Assembly (NCBI GenBank): GCA_031384285.1
Contig: JANNAJ010000264.1
Location: forward strand, 1 to 35,692
Reading direction: 5' to 3'
DNA from: Verrucomicrobiota bacterium
GTDB lineage: Bacteria; Verrucomicrobiota; Verrucomicrobiia; Limisphaerales; UBA9464
DNA: 35,692 bases
Shown piece after piece: positions 1 through 12,377 of this stretch. The notes under the pieces are model-generated. The model did no database searches. It saw nothing but the letters and a program-made list of their open reading frames with translations, and was not told where the DNA came from. Position numbers and translations under genes: made by a program. Position 1 is the first letter of the stretch, and every line of letters starts with the position of its first letter.

Positions 1-38
1 CGGTTCTTCTGCCGCCAGACTTTCAGGGTCACTTTCAT
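1..38 (-). CDS. sdhB: Succinate dehydrogenase/fumarate reductase iron-sulfur subunit, 5' end only (runs off the window)
   Basis: Not in the ORF track. The reverse complement from 38 reads ATG AAA GTG ACC CTG AAA GTC TGG CGG CAG AAG AAC = MKVTLKVWRQKN, a typical SdhB/FrdB N-terminus. It lies downstream of sdhC-sdhA, and its ATG overlaps the ORF6N stop (ATGA). Confidence 0.8.
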   Translation of the reverse strand, partial: MKVTLKVWRQKN

Positions 39-607
39 GGGGAAACTTTCGCTCGGGACCGGGAGCGGGGCTTTGGTCCTCGCTCGGGATCGTTGGTGTG
101 AAATCCTATCTCGCGCTTCTGGGCCGGAGTCGGCGGCTCCATGAGCTCGCGGATGGCGTCGAAGACGGCCCGGAACTGCTCGTCATACTTGCGTTCCAAG
201 CTGTCCAGCTTCCGGGCCAGGTCCACATTGGATGAAAGCAACTGCCGCAATTGGACGAAGGTCCGCATGATGGCGATGTTCACTTCGACGGCACGCGGAC
301 TATTCAAAACACCGGACAACATCGCCACGCCCTGCTCGGTGAAGGCTAGGACGCTCTTGGAATACTTGAGCTGCGCCTGCCCCGAGGATGTCACCGTTTG
401 TGATATCCTCAGGATCTCTTCCCGGCTGAGCGCGAACATGAAGTCTTCGGGGAACCGCTCGATGTTCCGTCGGACCGCTTGGTTGAGCACACGGGTCTCG
501 ACGTCGTAAAGCTCGGCCAGATCGCGATCCAGCAGCACCTTCTGCCCCCGCAAGAGCAGAATCCGGCGCTCGATGCGCTCGGCGGGGATCAGGGTGGAGT
601 CACTCAC
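35..607 (-). CDS. ORF6N-domain putative DNA-binding protein
   Basis: RILLLRGQKVLLDRDLAELYDVETRVLNQAVRRNIERFPEDFMF, AFTEQGVAMLSGVLNSPRAVEVNIAIMRTF and a C-terminal KREIGF are hallmarks of the ORF6N family. The GTG start overlaps the upstream stop (GTGA). Confidence 0.9.
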   Translation of the reverse strand: MSDSTLIPAERIERRILLLRGQKVLLDRDLAELYDVETRVLNQAVRRNIERFPEDFMFALSREEILRISQTVTSSGQAQLKYSKSVLAFTEQGVAMLSGVLNSPRAVEVNIAIMRTFVQLRQLLSSNVDLARKLDSLERKYDEQFRAVFDAIRELMEPPTPAQKREIGFHTNDPERGPKPRSRSRAKVSP

Positions 608-1344
608 GATATTTTATCCTCGCTCGATTGGATTGTCTTTTCGAGCACAGCCAAACATTGCTCCGCTTCTCGCGCATCTTTAGTGCCTGGATGCTTTTGG
701 ATTACTTGTTTGTAGACGTTCCTCGCTTCATCCCAGTTACCTTCGCATTCCCGTTTTGACGCCTGTGACACCCAGCTGCCGTCCACAATGGAAGTCGTAA
801 TAAATACTTCCTGCTTGGAATCCAGCAGAACCCAAGTTCTTGCCCATTTTTCCCCGATTCTCTGCCCTCGTGATATTTGTGCAGCTGCAATAAGCATTGC
901 GAACGGCAAAAATAAAACGACGTTCCGTTTTACGCCCTGCCACGCAGTCATCTCTTGTCCCGTTGGACTTCCGAAGACTCGCAATCCCATTATCGCTTTG
1001 CCCACAAATCTGCCTCCAAAATTATCGCGAAGAAGCCAGATTCCAAGCATAGCCCAAGTAAGAAACATGACACCTTCGTCATAATTGCCGACAAGCCCTT
1101 TCAAGACATCAATGAAGAAAATATTCCCGAAGATTCGATTCTGAATCGGAACATTCTGAAAGGATATGCCAACAGATCCGGCAACGATGGGAACAACTAG
1201 CCAAATGAGCGAATAGTCCACCAAGAAGGCACCTGCTCGTCTCAGGAAGTAAATGCTTGAACACCTGTTGCAAACCGGCAGACCAAAAATATGCGCACTC
1301 ACGCCAACTAGGCTCTCGTTACCGCATAGAGGACACAGGTTCAT
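604..1344 (-). CDS. RDD-family membrane protein with an N-terminal CxxC...CxxC motif and a C-terminal TPR-like helix pair; low GC
   Basis: RRAGAFLVD (RDD R/D motif), GKAIMGLRV and QRIGEKWARTWV; N-terminal CPLC and CNRC; C-terminal EARNVYKQVIQKHPGTKDAREA. I prefer the ATG at 1344 to the ORF-track start at 1377. Two sampled 60-nt lines are 48% and 37% GC. Confidence 0.75.
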   Translation of the reverse strand: MNLCPLCGNESLVGVSAHIFGLPVCNRCSSIYFLRRAGAFLVDYSLIWLVVPIVAGSVGISFQNVPIQNRIFGNIFFIDVLKGLVGNYDEGVMFLTWAMLGIWLLRDNFGGRFVGKAIMGLRVFGSPTGQEMTAWQGVKRNVVLFLPFAMLIAAAQISRGQRIGEKWARTWVLLDSKQEVFITTSIVDGSWVSQASKRECEGNWDEARNVYKQVIQKHPGTKDAREAEQCLAVLEKTIQSSEDKIS

Positions 1345-1396
1345 TCGTCGATTTTGCACAGCATCCCGAGGCCGCAATCGTAGCCTGAAGTTTATC

Positions 1397-3355
<1,959 letters not shown>

Positions 3356-3356
3356 G

Positions 3357-4136
3357 TTACTTCGCGCCTCCTTTCAGTGCCTTCACGGCGCCCGGGGCGT
3401 CCGGGACGACCCCGGCCTTCACGCGGTCCGCGTAGGCTTTGCCGTGCTGGAAGACGAGCACAGAGACAGGGATCGAAGCGTAACCGAGGAAGATCGCGAG
3501 GCTCGCGGCCTTGGCGAACGCCCCGATCCGCGGGCCCCAGACGTGGTCCTTCAGGCCGAGCGACTGGAACATCGCCGCGAGCCCGTGCCCGAGGTGGACG
3601 CAGAGCAGGCCCACCGCCACGAGGTAGAACAGAGCGACATACCACACGCTGAACCCGCAGACGATCATCGCGTAGATGTCCGGATGCCCGCTGTTCGGCT
3701 CGTAGAGCTCGTCGAAGTCGAAGCCCGCGCCGTTGATGGAATCCACGACCGCGGTGAAGTGGAGAAGGTGGTAGACGATGAAGGCGAGGACGATCAGGCC
3801 GGACATCAGCATCGTCCGCGACGCGAGGGAGGCCCCGAGGTCCTTGGTCTTCCCGGCATACGGCTGCGGCCGGGCGGCCTTGTTCTGCGCGCTGAGCGCA
3901 ACCGCGGAGGCGACGTGCAGCACCACCATGGCGAGCAGCCCGATCCGCGCCGGCCAGAGGATCTCCGGCGTGGTCTTCAAGAAGTGGCCGTACCGGTTGA
4001 TCGCCTCCGGCGGCAGGAAGAACTGCAGGTTGCCGACCATGTGCCCGGTCACGAAGAGGAAGAGGCCCGCTCCCGTGAGGGCCATGATGTACTTCTTCCC
4101 CAGGGAAGATCGCCAGATGCTTTGCAACAGGTTCAT
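3357..4136 (-). CDS. sdhC: Succinate dehydrogenase cytochrome b558 subunit (single-subunit membrane anchor)
   Basis: [13 protein letters not shown]...[10 protein letters not shown], about five hydrophobic helices with conserved His residues (GHM, LHV, YHLLH, VHLGHG), and it lies immediately upstream of sdhA. Confidence 0.93.
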   Translation of the reverse strand: MNLLQSIWRSSLGKKYIMALTGAGLFLFVTGHMVGNLQFFLPPEAINRYGHFLKTTPEILWPARIGLLAMVVLHVASAVALSAQNKAARPQPYAGKTKDLGASLASRTMLMSGLIVLAFIVYHLLHFTAVVDSINGAGFDFDELYEPNSGHPDIYAMIVCGFSVWYVALFYLVAVGLLCVHLGHGLAAMFQSLGLKDHVWGPRIGAFAKAASLAIFLGYASIPVSVLVFQHGKAYADRVKAGVVPDAPGAVKALKGGAK

Positions 4137-4180
4137 GGACTCGTGCCCGGGAGCGTCACCGGACGCCCTCCGAGTGAATC

Positions 4181-4210
4181 CATCTAATGGCCGAAAAAGA
4201 CGAGCGTCAA
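4181..4210 (-). promoter_or_regulatory. Possible sigma70 promoter for the sdh operon
   Basis: On the minus strand, TTGACG is followed after 17-18 nt by TTAGATG. The -35 match is good and the -10 match is weak. Confidence 0.3.
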
Positions 4211-4233
4211 CGCATGAGCGGAAATTTGAGGCG

Positions 4234-4950
4234 TCATCCCGGCGAAGTTCCGCTAATGCCCGTCATCAGAAGGCGCCCGGGCAACTCGGTGAGCGCGGCC
4301 ATCCGGTCCGGTCCGGAGGCCACGCGACGGTCGACCAGCAGCGCCCGCCAGCCCGCCGACCGGGCGCCGTCGAGGTCTTCGCGGCAGCTGTCCCCGACGT
4401 GCATCAAAGCCGACGACGGCAGCCCGAGACGGTCGGCGGCATGGACGAAGATCTCCCGCGACGGCTTGTGGGCACCGATCTCGGCGGAGGCGACCACGAA
4501 CTCGAAGCGGTCGGCCAACCCGAGGCGGCCCAGGAGCGGCCGCAGGCGCTCGTCCCAGTTCGAAACGACCGCGACCCGCAATCCGCGGGCGGCGAGGACC
4601 TCCAGGCACGGCACCACGTCGGGGAAGACCCTCCACGCATCCGCTTCGGTGAACCGATGCCACAGGGCCTCGAACAGATCCGGGTCCGCGGCCCGCCCGG
4701 TCAGTCCGGAGAACGTCGCCCGCACGAGGTCCATCCAGGCGCGGCGGGAATAGCCGAAGCCGTCTCCTTGGTGTGCCGTCCGCCAAGCGGAACGGAAACG
4801 CGCGTCGAGCGCCTCGGCGTCCAACGCACCGATCCCGAGACGGCCCGCGACGTCGGCGTAGACACCGCCCACCGAAGGCCACGGCTCGATGAGCGTGCCG
4901 CCGACATCGAAGGTCACCGCGCGGACCTCGGTGCCCCCGGTCCGGTTCAT
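4234..4950 (-). CDS. HAD-IA family hydrolase
   Basis: Motif I FDVGGTL, motif II VVSNWD, motif III KP and motif IV HVGDSCREDLDGA. The likely start is the ATG at 4950 (MNRTGG), which overlaps the upstream stop; the ORF-track extension to 5562 overlaps another gene. Confidence 0.9.
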   Translation of the reverse strand: MNRTGGTEVRAVTFDVGGTLIEPWPSVGGVYADVAGRLGIGALDAEALDARFRSAWRTAHQGDGFGYSRRAWMDLVRATFSGLTGRAADPDLFEALWHRFTEADAWRVFPDVVPCLEVLAARGLRVAVVSNWDERLRPLLGRLGLADRFEFVVASAEIGAHKPSREIFVHAADRLGLPSSALMHVGDSCREDLDGARSAGWRALLVDRRVASGPDRMAALTELPGRLLMTGISGTSPG

Positions 4951-6962
4951 CGCACGCTCACCCGCAGATAGCCCGCTGCATCCGGCACCGGTATCTGCTT
5001 GAAGCTGAACTTCCCGGGCGAATTGGTCGCTAGCGTCGCGGCGACCGCCACCCACGGCCCCGTGGGGGACACGGAGCGCTCCAGGCCCACGGCCACCGGC
5101 ACGCCCGTCAACTGGAAATCGAGGCGGAGGTTGCCGTTCGGCCCGAGCACGACCGCGCTGGGCCCGGCTGTCACGGCGACGGGCGGCACGGTCGTCGTGG
5201 TGGCCAGGACCCACGGGCCGGCGGTGTAGGCGTGGGCACCGACTTTCGGCGCGACCCGCAGCGCGAAATCGCCGGCGACCGGCGGCGTCAGCTCGAAAAA
5301 CGGCTCCGGGACCGTCGAGGCCTTGATGTCGGTGAGTTGCTCGACACCCGTGAACCGCACGTCGTCGAAATAGAAACCGCTCGTGAAGTTCGTCCCCGGG
5401 AAATAGGTCACTCCGTTGCCCTTCACCACGGAGTAGACGAACCGCACGCTCATCTCCTGGCCCGCGAAGGGCGCGAGCGCGACGGAACGGGCGGTGAACC
5501 GGTCCTCGATGGTCCCCCCGTTGTTGACGGCCCGGCCGGACTGCTCCCAGACCGTGACCCACGACGTTCCGTAGTTGGTCGAGACCTGGACGCTGGCGAC
5601 CTGGTTCGTGGTCGCGGCCCCGAGCCGGGTCGCGAAGCTCAACGTCCCTCCGGGCGTCGAGCGGATACGGGGAACGAACGTGAGCGACTCAGGCTCGGGC
5701 GTCTGTGTGGCCAGATGATAGCTCGCGAGACCGGTCGCCCGGCTTTCTGTCGAGACCACCAGATAGCCCGGGGTGACCGAAGCGACAAAATCGCCCGCGC
5801 CCGATTCCGCCCCGAACACCGCCGTCAGCGGCACTCGCCGCGCATATTCCCAGACATAGGCCGTGGCGCCCGGCACGAACGTCGACGCGTAGGTGTTCGG
5901 CCCGCCGAGAAACGCTGAGCCCGGGCCGGCCACGACCGGAGGCACGTAGGTCATCCGGAGGTCCATCTTCACGTTGGCACCGCCGGACACGGTGATCTCC
6001 TTCGGAGCCGGCGAGAATCCCGGGCCGCTGAAGCGGACGAGGTGCGGACCGTCCTGGGACGGAACCGCGTAGCCGCCGGACGCCGTGGTGACGGCGAACG
6101 AGTTGCCGTCCGACACCTCGACCGTGATCCCGCCCACGCCTTCGCCGATGTCGTAGAACTGGTTCCCGTTCAGGTCGTAGTACGCCACGCCCGTGACCAG
6201 CGGCGGCAGATCGAAGCGCGAGCCGAAATCGAGAGTGACCACCTGCGGACCGACCGTGTTCGTCTCGCCCGGCCGGATCACCGTGCGGGAACCATTGATC
6301 ACGCCGATGCCGACTTCGCGGAACACCGGGTTGTGGTTGCTGACGCGGTGGCCGACGCCGACCTGGACGCCCCCGGGGCCGAAGCCCCAGTCCACCTCGA
6401 ACCCGGCGTGTCCGTACTCGGCCGATCTCGAGTACGCGAACACGCTCTCTCCGCCCGCGGCCGCGGGATAACCGGACCGCTGGAAACGGTCGCCCGTCGT
6501 GTTCACGATGTTGGCCGAACCGGCCGGATCCGTCTCCTCGTGGGCCTGGAGCGCGTTGTCGAACATCCACGCGGTGTGGCCGCGGGCCATCTCGGACAAG
6601 CGCGGCTCGAATGCGAGCGGCTGCGCCGGCACCAAGGCCGCGAGATCGGCGCGCAGCTTCGCGAGGTCGACACCGAAGAACCCGTAGGTCTCGACGATGT
6701 CCGGGTCCGTCGTCGCGGCAAGCCGTTCGCCTTCGGCCTTCGGATCGGCCCGTGTGCGGTTGACGAGCTCCAGATACATCTGCTCCTCATCGGTCGGGTC
6801 GCCGATCAGGTACCGGTCGCCAGCCGAAGCCGGCGCGGCATGTCCGGTCGCGGCGGGGGCGGGTCGGAGAAAGACCGGCGGCGCCGGCGGCCCATGGAAA
6901 TCGGCGAGCGCGCCCGGGACACCGGTGACGGCAAAAGCGAAGAGGAGATGGCGGATCTTCAT
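4947..6962 (-). CDS. Secreted CAP (SCP/PR-1) domain protein with C-terminal beta-rich domains
   Basis: Signal peptide MKIRHLLFAFAVTGVPGALA; CAP motifs EQMYLELVNRTRADP, LSEMARGH, GES and GHR...FREVGIG; followed by a GVAYYDLNGNQFYDIGEG SdrD-B-like domain and a jelly-roll-like region. Confidence 0.8.
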   Translation of the reverse strand: MKIRHLLFAFAVTGVPGALADFHGPPAPPVFLRPAPAATGHAAPASAGDRYLIGDPTDEEQMYLELVNRTRADPKAEGERLAATTDPDIVETYGFFGVDLAKLRADLAALVPAQPLAFEPRLSEMARGHTAWMFDNALQAHEETDPAGSANIVNTTGDRFQRSGYPAAAGGESVFAYSRSAEYGHAGFEVDWGFGPGGVQVGVGHRVSNHNPVFREVGIGVINGSRTVIRPGETNTVGPQVVTLDFGSRFDLPPLVTGVAYYDLNGNQFYDIGEGVGGITVEVSDGNSFAVTTASGGYAVPSQDGPHLVRFSGPGFSPAPKEITVSGGANVKMDLRMTYVPPVVAGPGSAFLGGPNTYASTFVPGATAYVWEYARRVPLTAVFGAESGAGDFVASVTPGYLVVSTESRATGLASYHLATQTPEPESLTFVPRIRSTPGGTLSFATRLGAATTNQVASVQVSTNYGTSWVTVWEQSGRAVNNGGTIEDRFTARSVALAPFAGQEMSVRFVYSVVKGNGVTYFPGTNFTSGFYFDDVRFTGVEQLTDIKASTVPEPFFELTPPVAGDFALRVAPKVGAHAYTAGPWVLATTTTVPPVAVTAGPSAVVLGPNGNLRLDFQLTGVPVAVGLERSVSPTGPWVAVAATLATNSPGKFSFKQIPVPDAAGYLRVSVR

Positions 6963-7024
6963 CGTCCGGCATCTTTTAGACGAACGCGCGGCCACCGGGC
7001 GAGCGCAAAGGCCCCGATTCGGGA

Positions 7025-8482
7025 TCAGCGAGGCGTCTCGCCGACCACCGCCGCAAGGTCCTCGGATGTCCAGTTCTGCCGGATCGCCTCGAGCGCGTCG
7101 GCCGCCCGGCCATGTTGCCAGACCGCGTATCGGATCGCGAGGAGCGGATCACGGAGGCACGGCGGTTGCGCCAAGAGCCCGGCGAGGAAACCGGCGAGCA
7201 CGTCGCCGCTCCCGCCCTGCGCCAAGCCCGGGTTGCCGCTTGGGTTCACGAAGACGGGGTCCTCCGGCCCGGGACCGGCGACGAGGGTCTGGTGCCCCTT
7301 CAGCACGACGTGGCATCCGCCCGCCGCGGCAGCGGCCGCCCGGAGGACCTCCGAACGCCCTGCCGCCTCCGGAACGTCCCCGATCATCCGCTTCGCCTCG
7401 CCGGGATGCGGCGTGATGACCCGGAGGGCGCCCGGCAGAACGGGGCCGTTGCCCCGCACGTCCTCCGCCAGCCAATCCAGCGCGCTCGCATCCGCGATCA
7501 TCGGGACCGGCAGATCCCGCCAACAAGCGACCACCTGGGCGCGTAGCCACGCCGGGACATCGGCTCCGGCGAGGCCGGGCCCGACCAGCAACGCCGAGAT
7601 CTTTTCCGGCAACGCGACGGACCCGCTCCAAGCCTTCACCATCGGAGCGCACATCTGCGATGCGACCGGCACATAGGCATCCGGCGACGTCACCACGGTC
7701 ACCAGACCGGGACGGGTGCCACCGGCGCCGCGCGCAGCGAGCACCGCGGATCCGTGGTAGCCGGAGCTGCCCGCGATGATCACGAGATGCCCGAAACTGC
7801 CTTTGTGCGAGACCACCGACCGGGGAGGAGGGAAACCCGCGAAATCTTCCGGCATCGTCCACATCGTGCCGGACCCGAGACCGGCCCCGGGGAGGGTTTC
7901 CGGCCGGGCCGACAACCCGATGTCCGTCGCGACCTCCAGCCGGCCGACATGCTCCCACGCCCCCTCTCGCAGGAGACCTTGTTTCGGTGCACCGATGGTG
8001 AGCGTCACCGTCGCACGGACAGCGCCACCGCGGGGCCTCCCGGTGTCGGCATCGAGACCGGACGGGATGTCGACCGCGAGGACCGGCACATCGGAGGCAT
8101 TGACGGCGGCGACCAACTCGACCCATTCAGGCGAAAGGTCGCGGTCGAGGCCGGTGCCGAAGAGCCCGTCCACGATGAGGACGGGGCGCCGGGGGGAAGC
8201 GAGCTGGGCGGCGAGGTCCGAAAGGGCATGGGCCGGGTTGAAGGCATTGATCGGCTTGAGGTCGCGGTCGGCGACCAGGGGGGCCGCGGCACGGACATCG
8301 TCGCCGTTGTGCCCGCGGCCGGCGAGCATCACCACGCGGTCGCCGGCGCGCGACATCGCGCGGATCTTCGACGCGACGCGTTCGCCGACGCGTGCGATCA
8401 CGTCCTTTTCCCGGGCGCCCGCGGCCCAGGAGGCGTTCTCCCAGGCGAGCATCTGTCCGGCGGTCAGGACGGGGATGGGCAT
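7025..8482 (-). CDS. nnr: Bifunctional NAD(P)H-hydrate epimerase/dehydratase
   Basis: YjeF_N motifs GRGHNGDD, VDGLFGTG and AVDIPSG; YjeF_C motifs SHKGSFG, GPGL, DASAL, ITPHPGEA, VLKG and GGSGDVLAG. Start taken at MPIPVL (8482). Confidence 0.93.
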   Translation of the reverse strand: MPIPVLTAGQMLAWENASWAAGAREKDVIARVGERVASKIRAMSRAGDRVVMLAGRGHNGDDVRAAAPLVADRDLKPINAFNPAHALSDLAAQLASPRRPVLIVDGLFGTGLDRDLSPEWVELVAAVNASDVPVLAVDIPSGLDADTGRPRGGAVRATVTLTIGAPKQGLLREGAWEHVGRLEVATDIGLSARPETLPGAGLGSGTMWTMPEDFAGFPPPRSVVSHKGSFGHLVIIAGSSGYHGSAVLAARGAGGTRPGLVTVVTSPDAYVPVASQMCAPMVKAWSGSVALPEKISALLVGPGLAGADVPAWLRAQVVACWRDLPVPMIADASALDWLAEDVRGNGPVLPGALRVITPHPGEAKRMIGDVPEAAGRSEVLRAAAAAAGGCHVVLKGHQTLVAGPGPEDPVFVNPSGNPGLAQGGSGDVLAGFLAGLLAQPPCLRDPLLAIRYAVWQHGRAADALEAIRQNWTSEDLAAVVGETPR

Positions 8483-8591
8483 GTTCGTCGATCGGTGCGG
8501 ATGAGGAGCGGTGCGCGGGCGGCCCTGATGGCCCGAGGCGGCCCCAGCAGGACCGTTGTCGTGGCAACGCGCGCGGAGAGCAAGCAACGGT

Positions 8592-10058
<1,467 letters not shown>

Positions 10059-10156
10059 CGTTCGAGACCATCGTAGTGCCGGACCGCGATCTTGCCAACG
10101 ACCCCGATGGCTCCGCGATGCGGGCCCGGGGCCCGGGCCGTCTCGGAAGATTTTTG

Positions 10157-10184
10157 TGGCAATGGAAGGCTCGTTTGCTACTTT
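10157..10184 (+). promoter_or_regulatory. Possible promoter of dksA-rpmG-rpsR (extended -10)
   Basis: TGGCAA-N16-TACTTT, with the -10 preceded by TGn (TGCTACTTT), in an AT-richer divergent intergenic region. Confidence 0.3.
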
Positions 10185-10264
10185 GCGCGGCCTTCGTTCC
10201 GGCCAGCCGTCCTCGGGGATGCGCTGTCGGCCAAGGAAACCAGCATCCGGCTCGGGAAAACACT

Positions 10265-10888
10265 GTGAGCGCCAACAAAAATTCGGCCAAGAAGACGGCC
10301 CCGAAGACCCCCTTGGTCCACGGCAAGACCGTGGGCTCGGCGAGCGCTGCCTCCATCCTGGGCCGCCCGCTGGCGAAGAACTCGAAGACCGCGGCCAACA
10401 ACCTGAGTTGGATGCCGGTCAACAAAATCAAGCCCGAGTGGCAGAAGTTCTACCAGAACCTGCTCGACCTGCACAGCCGCCTACGCGACCAGATGAGCGG
10501 GCTGGCCAAGGAATCCCAGTCCCAGATGGAGAGCTACAGCCTCCACATGGGCGATTCCGGCACCGACAATTTCGACCGCGATTTCGCCCTCAGCCTGCTC
10601 TCGTCCGACCAGGACGCGGTGTATGAGATCGAGGAGGCGTTGAAGCGTATCGAGAAGGACACGTACGGCGTCTGCGAGCTCACGCAGAAGGTCATCCCCA
10701 AAGCCCGGCTCGAAGCGATTCCTTGGGCTCGCTTCACGGTCGAGGCCCAAGCCCAGCTGGAGAAGGAAGGTGCCCTCAAGCAACGTCGTCTCGGTGCCCT
10801 CGGCACCGTGGATGCCGCCGGCGGCTCGGAAGCCGACGAAGGCGACGACGAGCCGGACGAGAAGCCCTCAGCCAAAGAGAAGGAATAA
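10265..10888 (+). CDS. DksA/TraR family transcription factor, single-Cys variant
   Basis: Coiled coil with HMGDSGTDNFDRD, then IEEALKRIEKDTYGVCELT...IPKARLEAIPWARFTVEAQ. The start is uncertain; I chose the GTG at 10265 because it lies downstream of the putative promoter. Confidence 0.85.
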   Translation: MSANKNSAKKTAPKTPLVHGKTVGSASAASILGRPLAKNSKTAANNLSWMPVNKIKPEWQKFYQNLLDLHSRLRDQMSGLAKESQSQMESYSLHMGDSGTDNFDRDFALSLLSSDQDAVYEIEEALKRIEKDTYGVCELTQKVIPKARLEAIPWARFTVEAQAQLEKEGALKQRRLGALGTVDAAGGSEADEGDDEPDEKPSAKEKE

Positions 10889-10894
10889 GGATTT

Positions 10895-11062
10895 ATGCCC
10901 CGCGAAGTCGTTACCATCGAGTGCACGGAAGCGCGCAAGGAAGGCAAGCCGCCCTCCCGCTACCAGACCACCCGCAACAAGAAGCTGCAGACCGAGAAGG
11001 TCGAGAAGAAGAAGTTCAATCCCTTCCTCCGCCGTCACACCCTGCACCGCGAAATCAAGTAA
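10895..11062 (+). CDS. rpmG: 50S ribosomal protein L33 (form lacking the Zn ribbon)
   Basis: Below the ORF-track size cutoff. Translates to [55 protein letters not shown] (55 aa), with AAGGA upstream. Confidence 0.95.
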   Translation: MPREVVTIECTEARKEGKPPSRYQTTRNKKLQTEKVEKKKFNPFLRRHTLHREIK

Positions 11063-11065
11063 GCC

Positions 11066-11314
11066 ATGCCCCGCAAGACCAAACTCGAGGACAAGAAGAA
11101 GCGCCGCAATTCGTCCTCGCGCACCCCGCGCCCGAGGCCGAAAGTCGATTTCACCATCGACGCCATCGACTACAAGAACGTCACGATGCTCAAGCAGTAC
11201 GTGACGGAGAACGGTCGCATGCTGCCGCGCAAGTACACCGGCCTTCCCGCCCACTATCAGCGCCGTCTGTCCGTCGCCATCAAGCGCGCCCGGCAGATGC
11301 TGTTGATGAAGTGA
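11066..11314 (+). CDS. rpsR: 30S ribosomal protein S18 (no Cys)
   Basis: [26 protein letters not shown]...[13 protein letters not shown]18 signature. Confidence 0.95.
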   Translation: MPRKTKLEDKKKRRNSSSRTPRPRPKVDFTIDAIDYKNVTMLKQYVTENGRMLPRKYTGLPAHYQRRLSVAIKRARQMLLMK

Positions 11315-11341
11315 GCTAGTCCCGTCGGTGCCGTCGAGAAC

Positions 11342-11367
11342 CCGCTGGCTGACGCCAGCGGTTTTTT
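11342..11367 (+). terminator. Rho-independent terminator after rpsR
   Basis: CCGCTGGC-TGAC-GCCAGCGG is a perfect 8-bp stem followed by TTTTTT. Confidence 0.85.
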
Positions 11368-11375
11368 CTCGCACC

Positions 11376-11400
11376 ATGGATGCAATCGATTTGCATCCAT
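11376..11400. promoter_or_regulatory. Putative Zur (Fur-family) operator overlapping the znuA -35 element
   Basis: Perfect 10-5-10 inverted repeat ATGGATGCAA-TCGAT-TTGCATCCAT, 24 nt upstream of znuA, in an operon that encodes its own Fur-family regulator. TTGCAT-N16-TAGGAT (11391-11418) resembles a sigma70 promoter. Confidence 0.7.
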
Positions 11401-11424
11401 AAAACCGACGGTTAGGATCCGGCC

Positions 11425-12375
11425 ATGCTTTCCCGTCGTTGGTTCGTCGCCCTGCTGGCCTCCGTCGGCTTCACGTCCGGGATGGCGTCGGGGGCCGAGG
11501 CGACCCGGCTCCGGGTCCTCACCTCGATCCCGCCGCTGTATTGCTGGACGGCCAACGTCGCCGGCTCGTTGGCCACGGTGGAGAACCTCCTGCCGGCGGA
11601 CGTCAGCCCGCACGACTACCAGTTCCGGCCGCGCGACCTGAAACGCATCGGGGCGGCCGACGTGATCGTCCTGAACGGCCTCGGCCTCGAGGATTGGTTC
11701 GCCCGCGCGATCCGCGCCAATTCCAAGGATGCCAAGAAGAAGATCGTCCACATCGCCGACGGCCTGCCGGAAGCCGTCCTGGTCCGTCACCTCCCGACGA
11801 TCGAGGTCGGTGCCGGGAAAGGCACAGCTCCAGCCCACGACCACGATCACGACGACGCGGGCAAGCAAGGGAACCCGCACCTGTGGCTCGATCCGCAGAT
11901 CGCCCGTCACGGTGTGAGCAACATCCTGAACGCGCTGCAGGCCGCGGACCCTGCCAACGCTGCCGGCTACGCGATGAACGCGACGGCCTATCTCGCGAAG
12001 CTCGACGCGCTCGACGCGGAGATCCGCGCGGCGACCGCCACGATCCGCGGACGCCCGGTGGTCACCTTCCACGACGCGTTCCCCTACTTCTGTCGCCGAT
12101 ACGGGCTGGACCTGGTCGGCGTCATCGAAGAAGTGCCCGGCACCGATCCCTCGACACGATATCTCGCCGCTCTCCTCAAGGTCGTCCGGGCCAAGGGCGT
12201 GAAAGTCCTCTTCACCGAACCCAGCTCCGATCCGCGTCTCGCGAAACGCCTCGCCGACGACCTCGGCATCGCGGTCGCGGAACTCGACGTGCTCGAGACC
12301 GGGCCGCTGACGCCGACCAGCTACGAGGACGGCATGCGGCGGAACCTCGCCGTGCTGCGGCAGGCCTTGAAGTGA
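11425..12375 (+). CDS. znuA: Zn/Mn ABC transporter substrate-binding protein (ZnuA/TroA family)
   Basis: Signal peptide, SPHDYQFRP, NGLGLE, His-rich loop HDHDHDD, NPHLWLDP and TFHDAFPYF. Confidence 0.9.
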   Translation: MLSRRWFVALLASVGFTSGMASGAEATRLRVLTSIPPLYCWTANVAGSLATVENLLPADVSPHDYQFRPRDLKRIGAADVIVLNGLGLEDWFARAIRANSKDAKKKIVHIADGLPEAVLVRHLPTIEVGAGKGTAPAHDHDHDDAGKQGNPHLWLDPQIARHGVSNILNALQAADPANAAGYAMNATAYLAKLDALDAEIRAATATIRGRPVVTFHDAFPYFCRRYGLDLVGVIEEVPGTDPSTRYLAALLKVVRAKGVKVLFTEPSSDPRLAKRLADDLGIAVAELDVLETGPLTPTSYEDGMRRNLAVLRQALK

Positions 12376-12377
12376 CC

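Noticed and set aside
10155-10182. Possible sigma54 -24/-12 promoter next to the NtrC-type gene (TGGAAGGCTCGTTTGC)
   Set aside because: The GG-to-GC spacing is 11 nt rather than the strict 10 nt.
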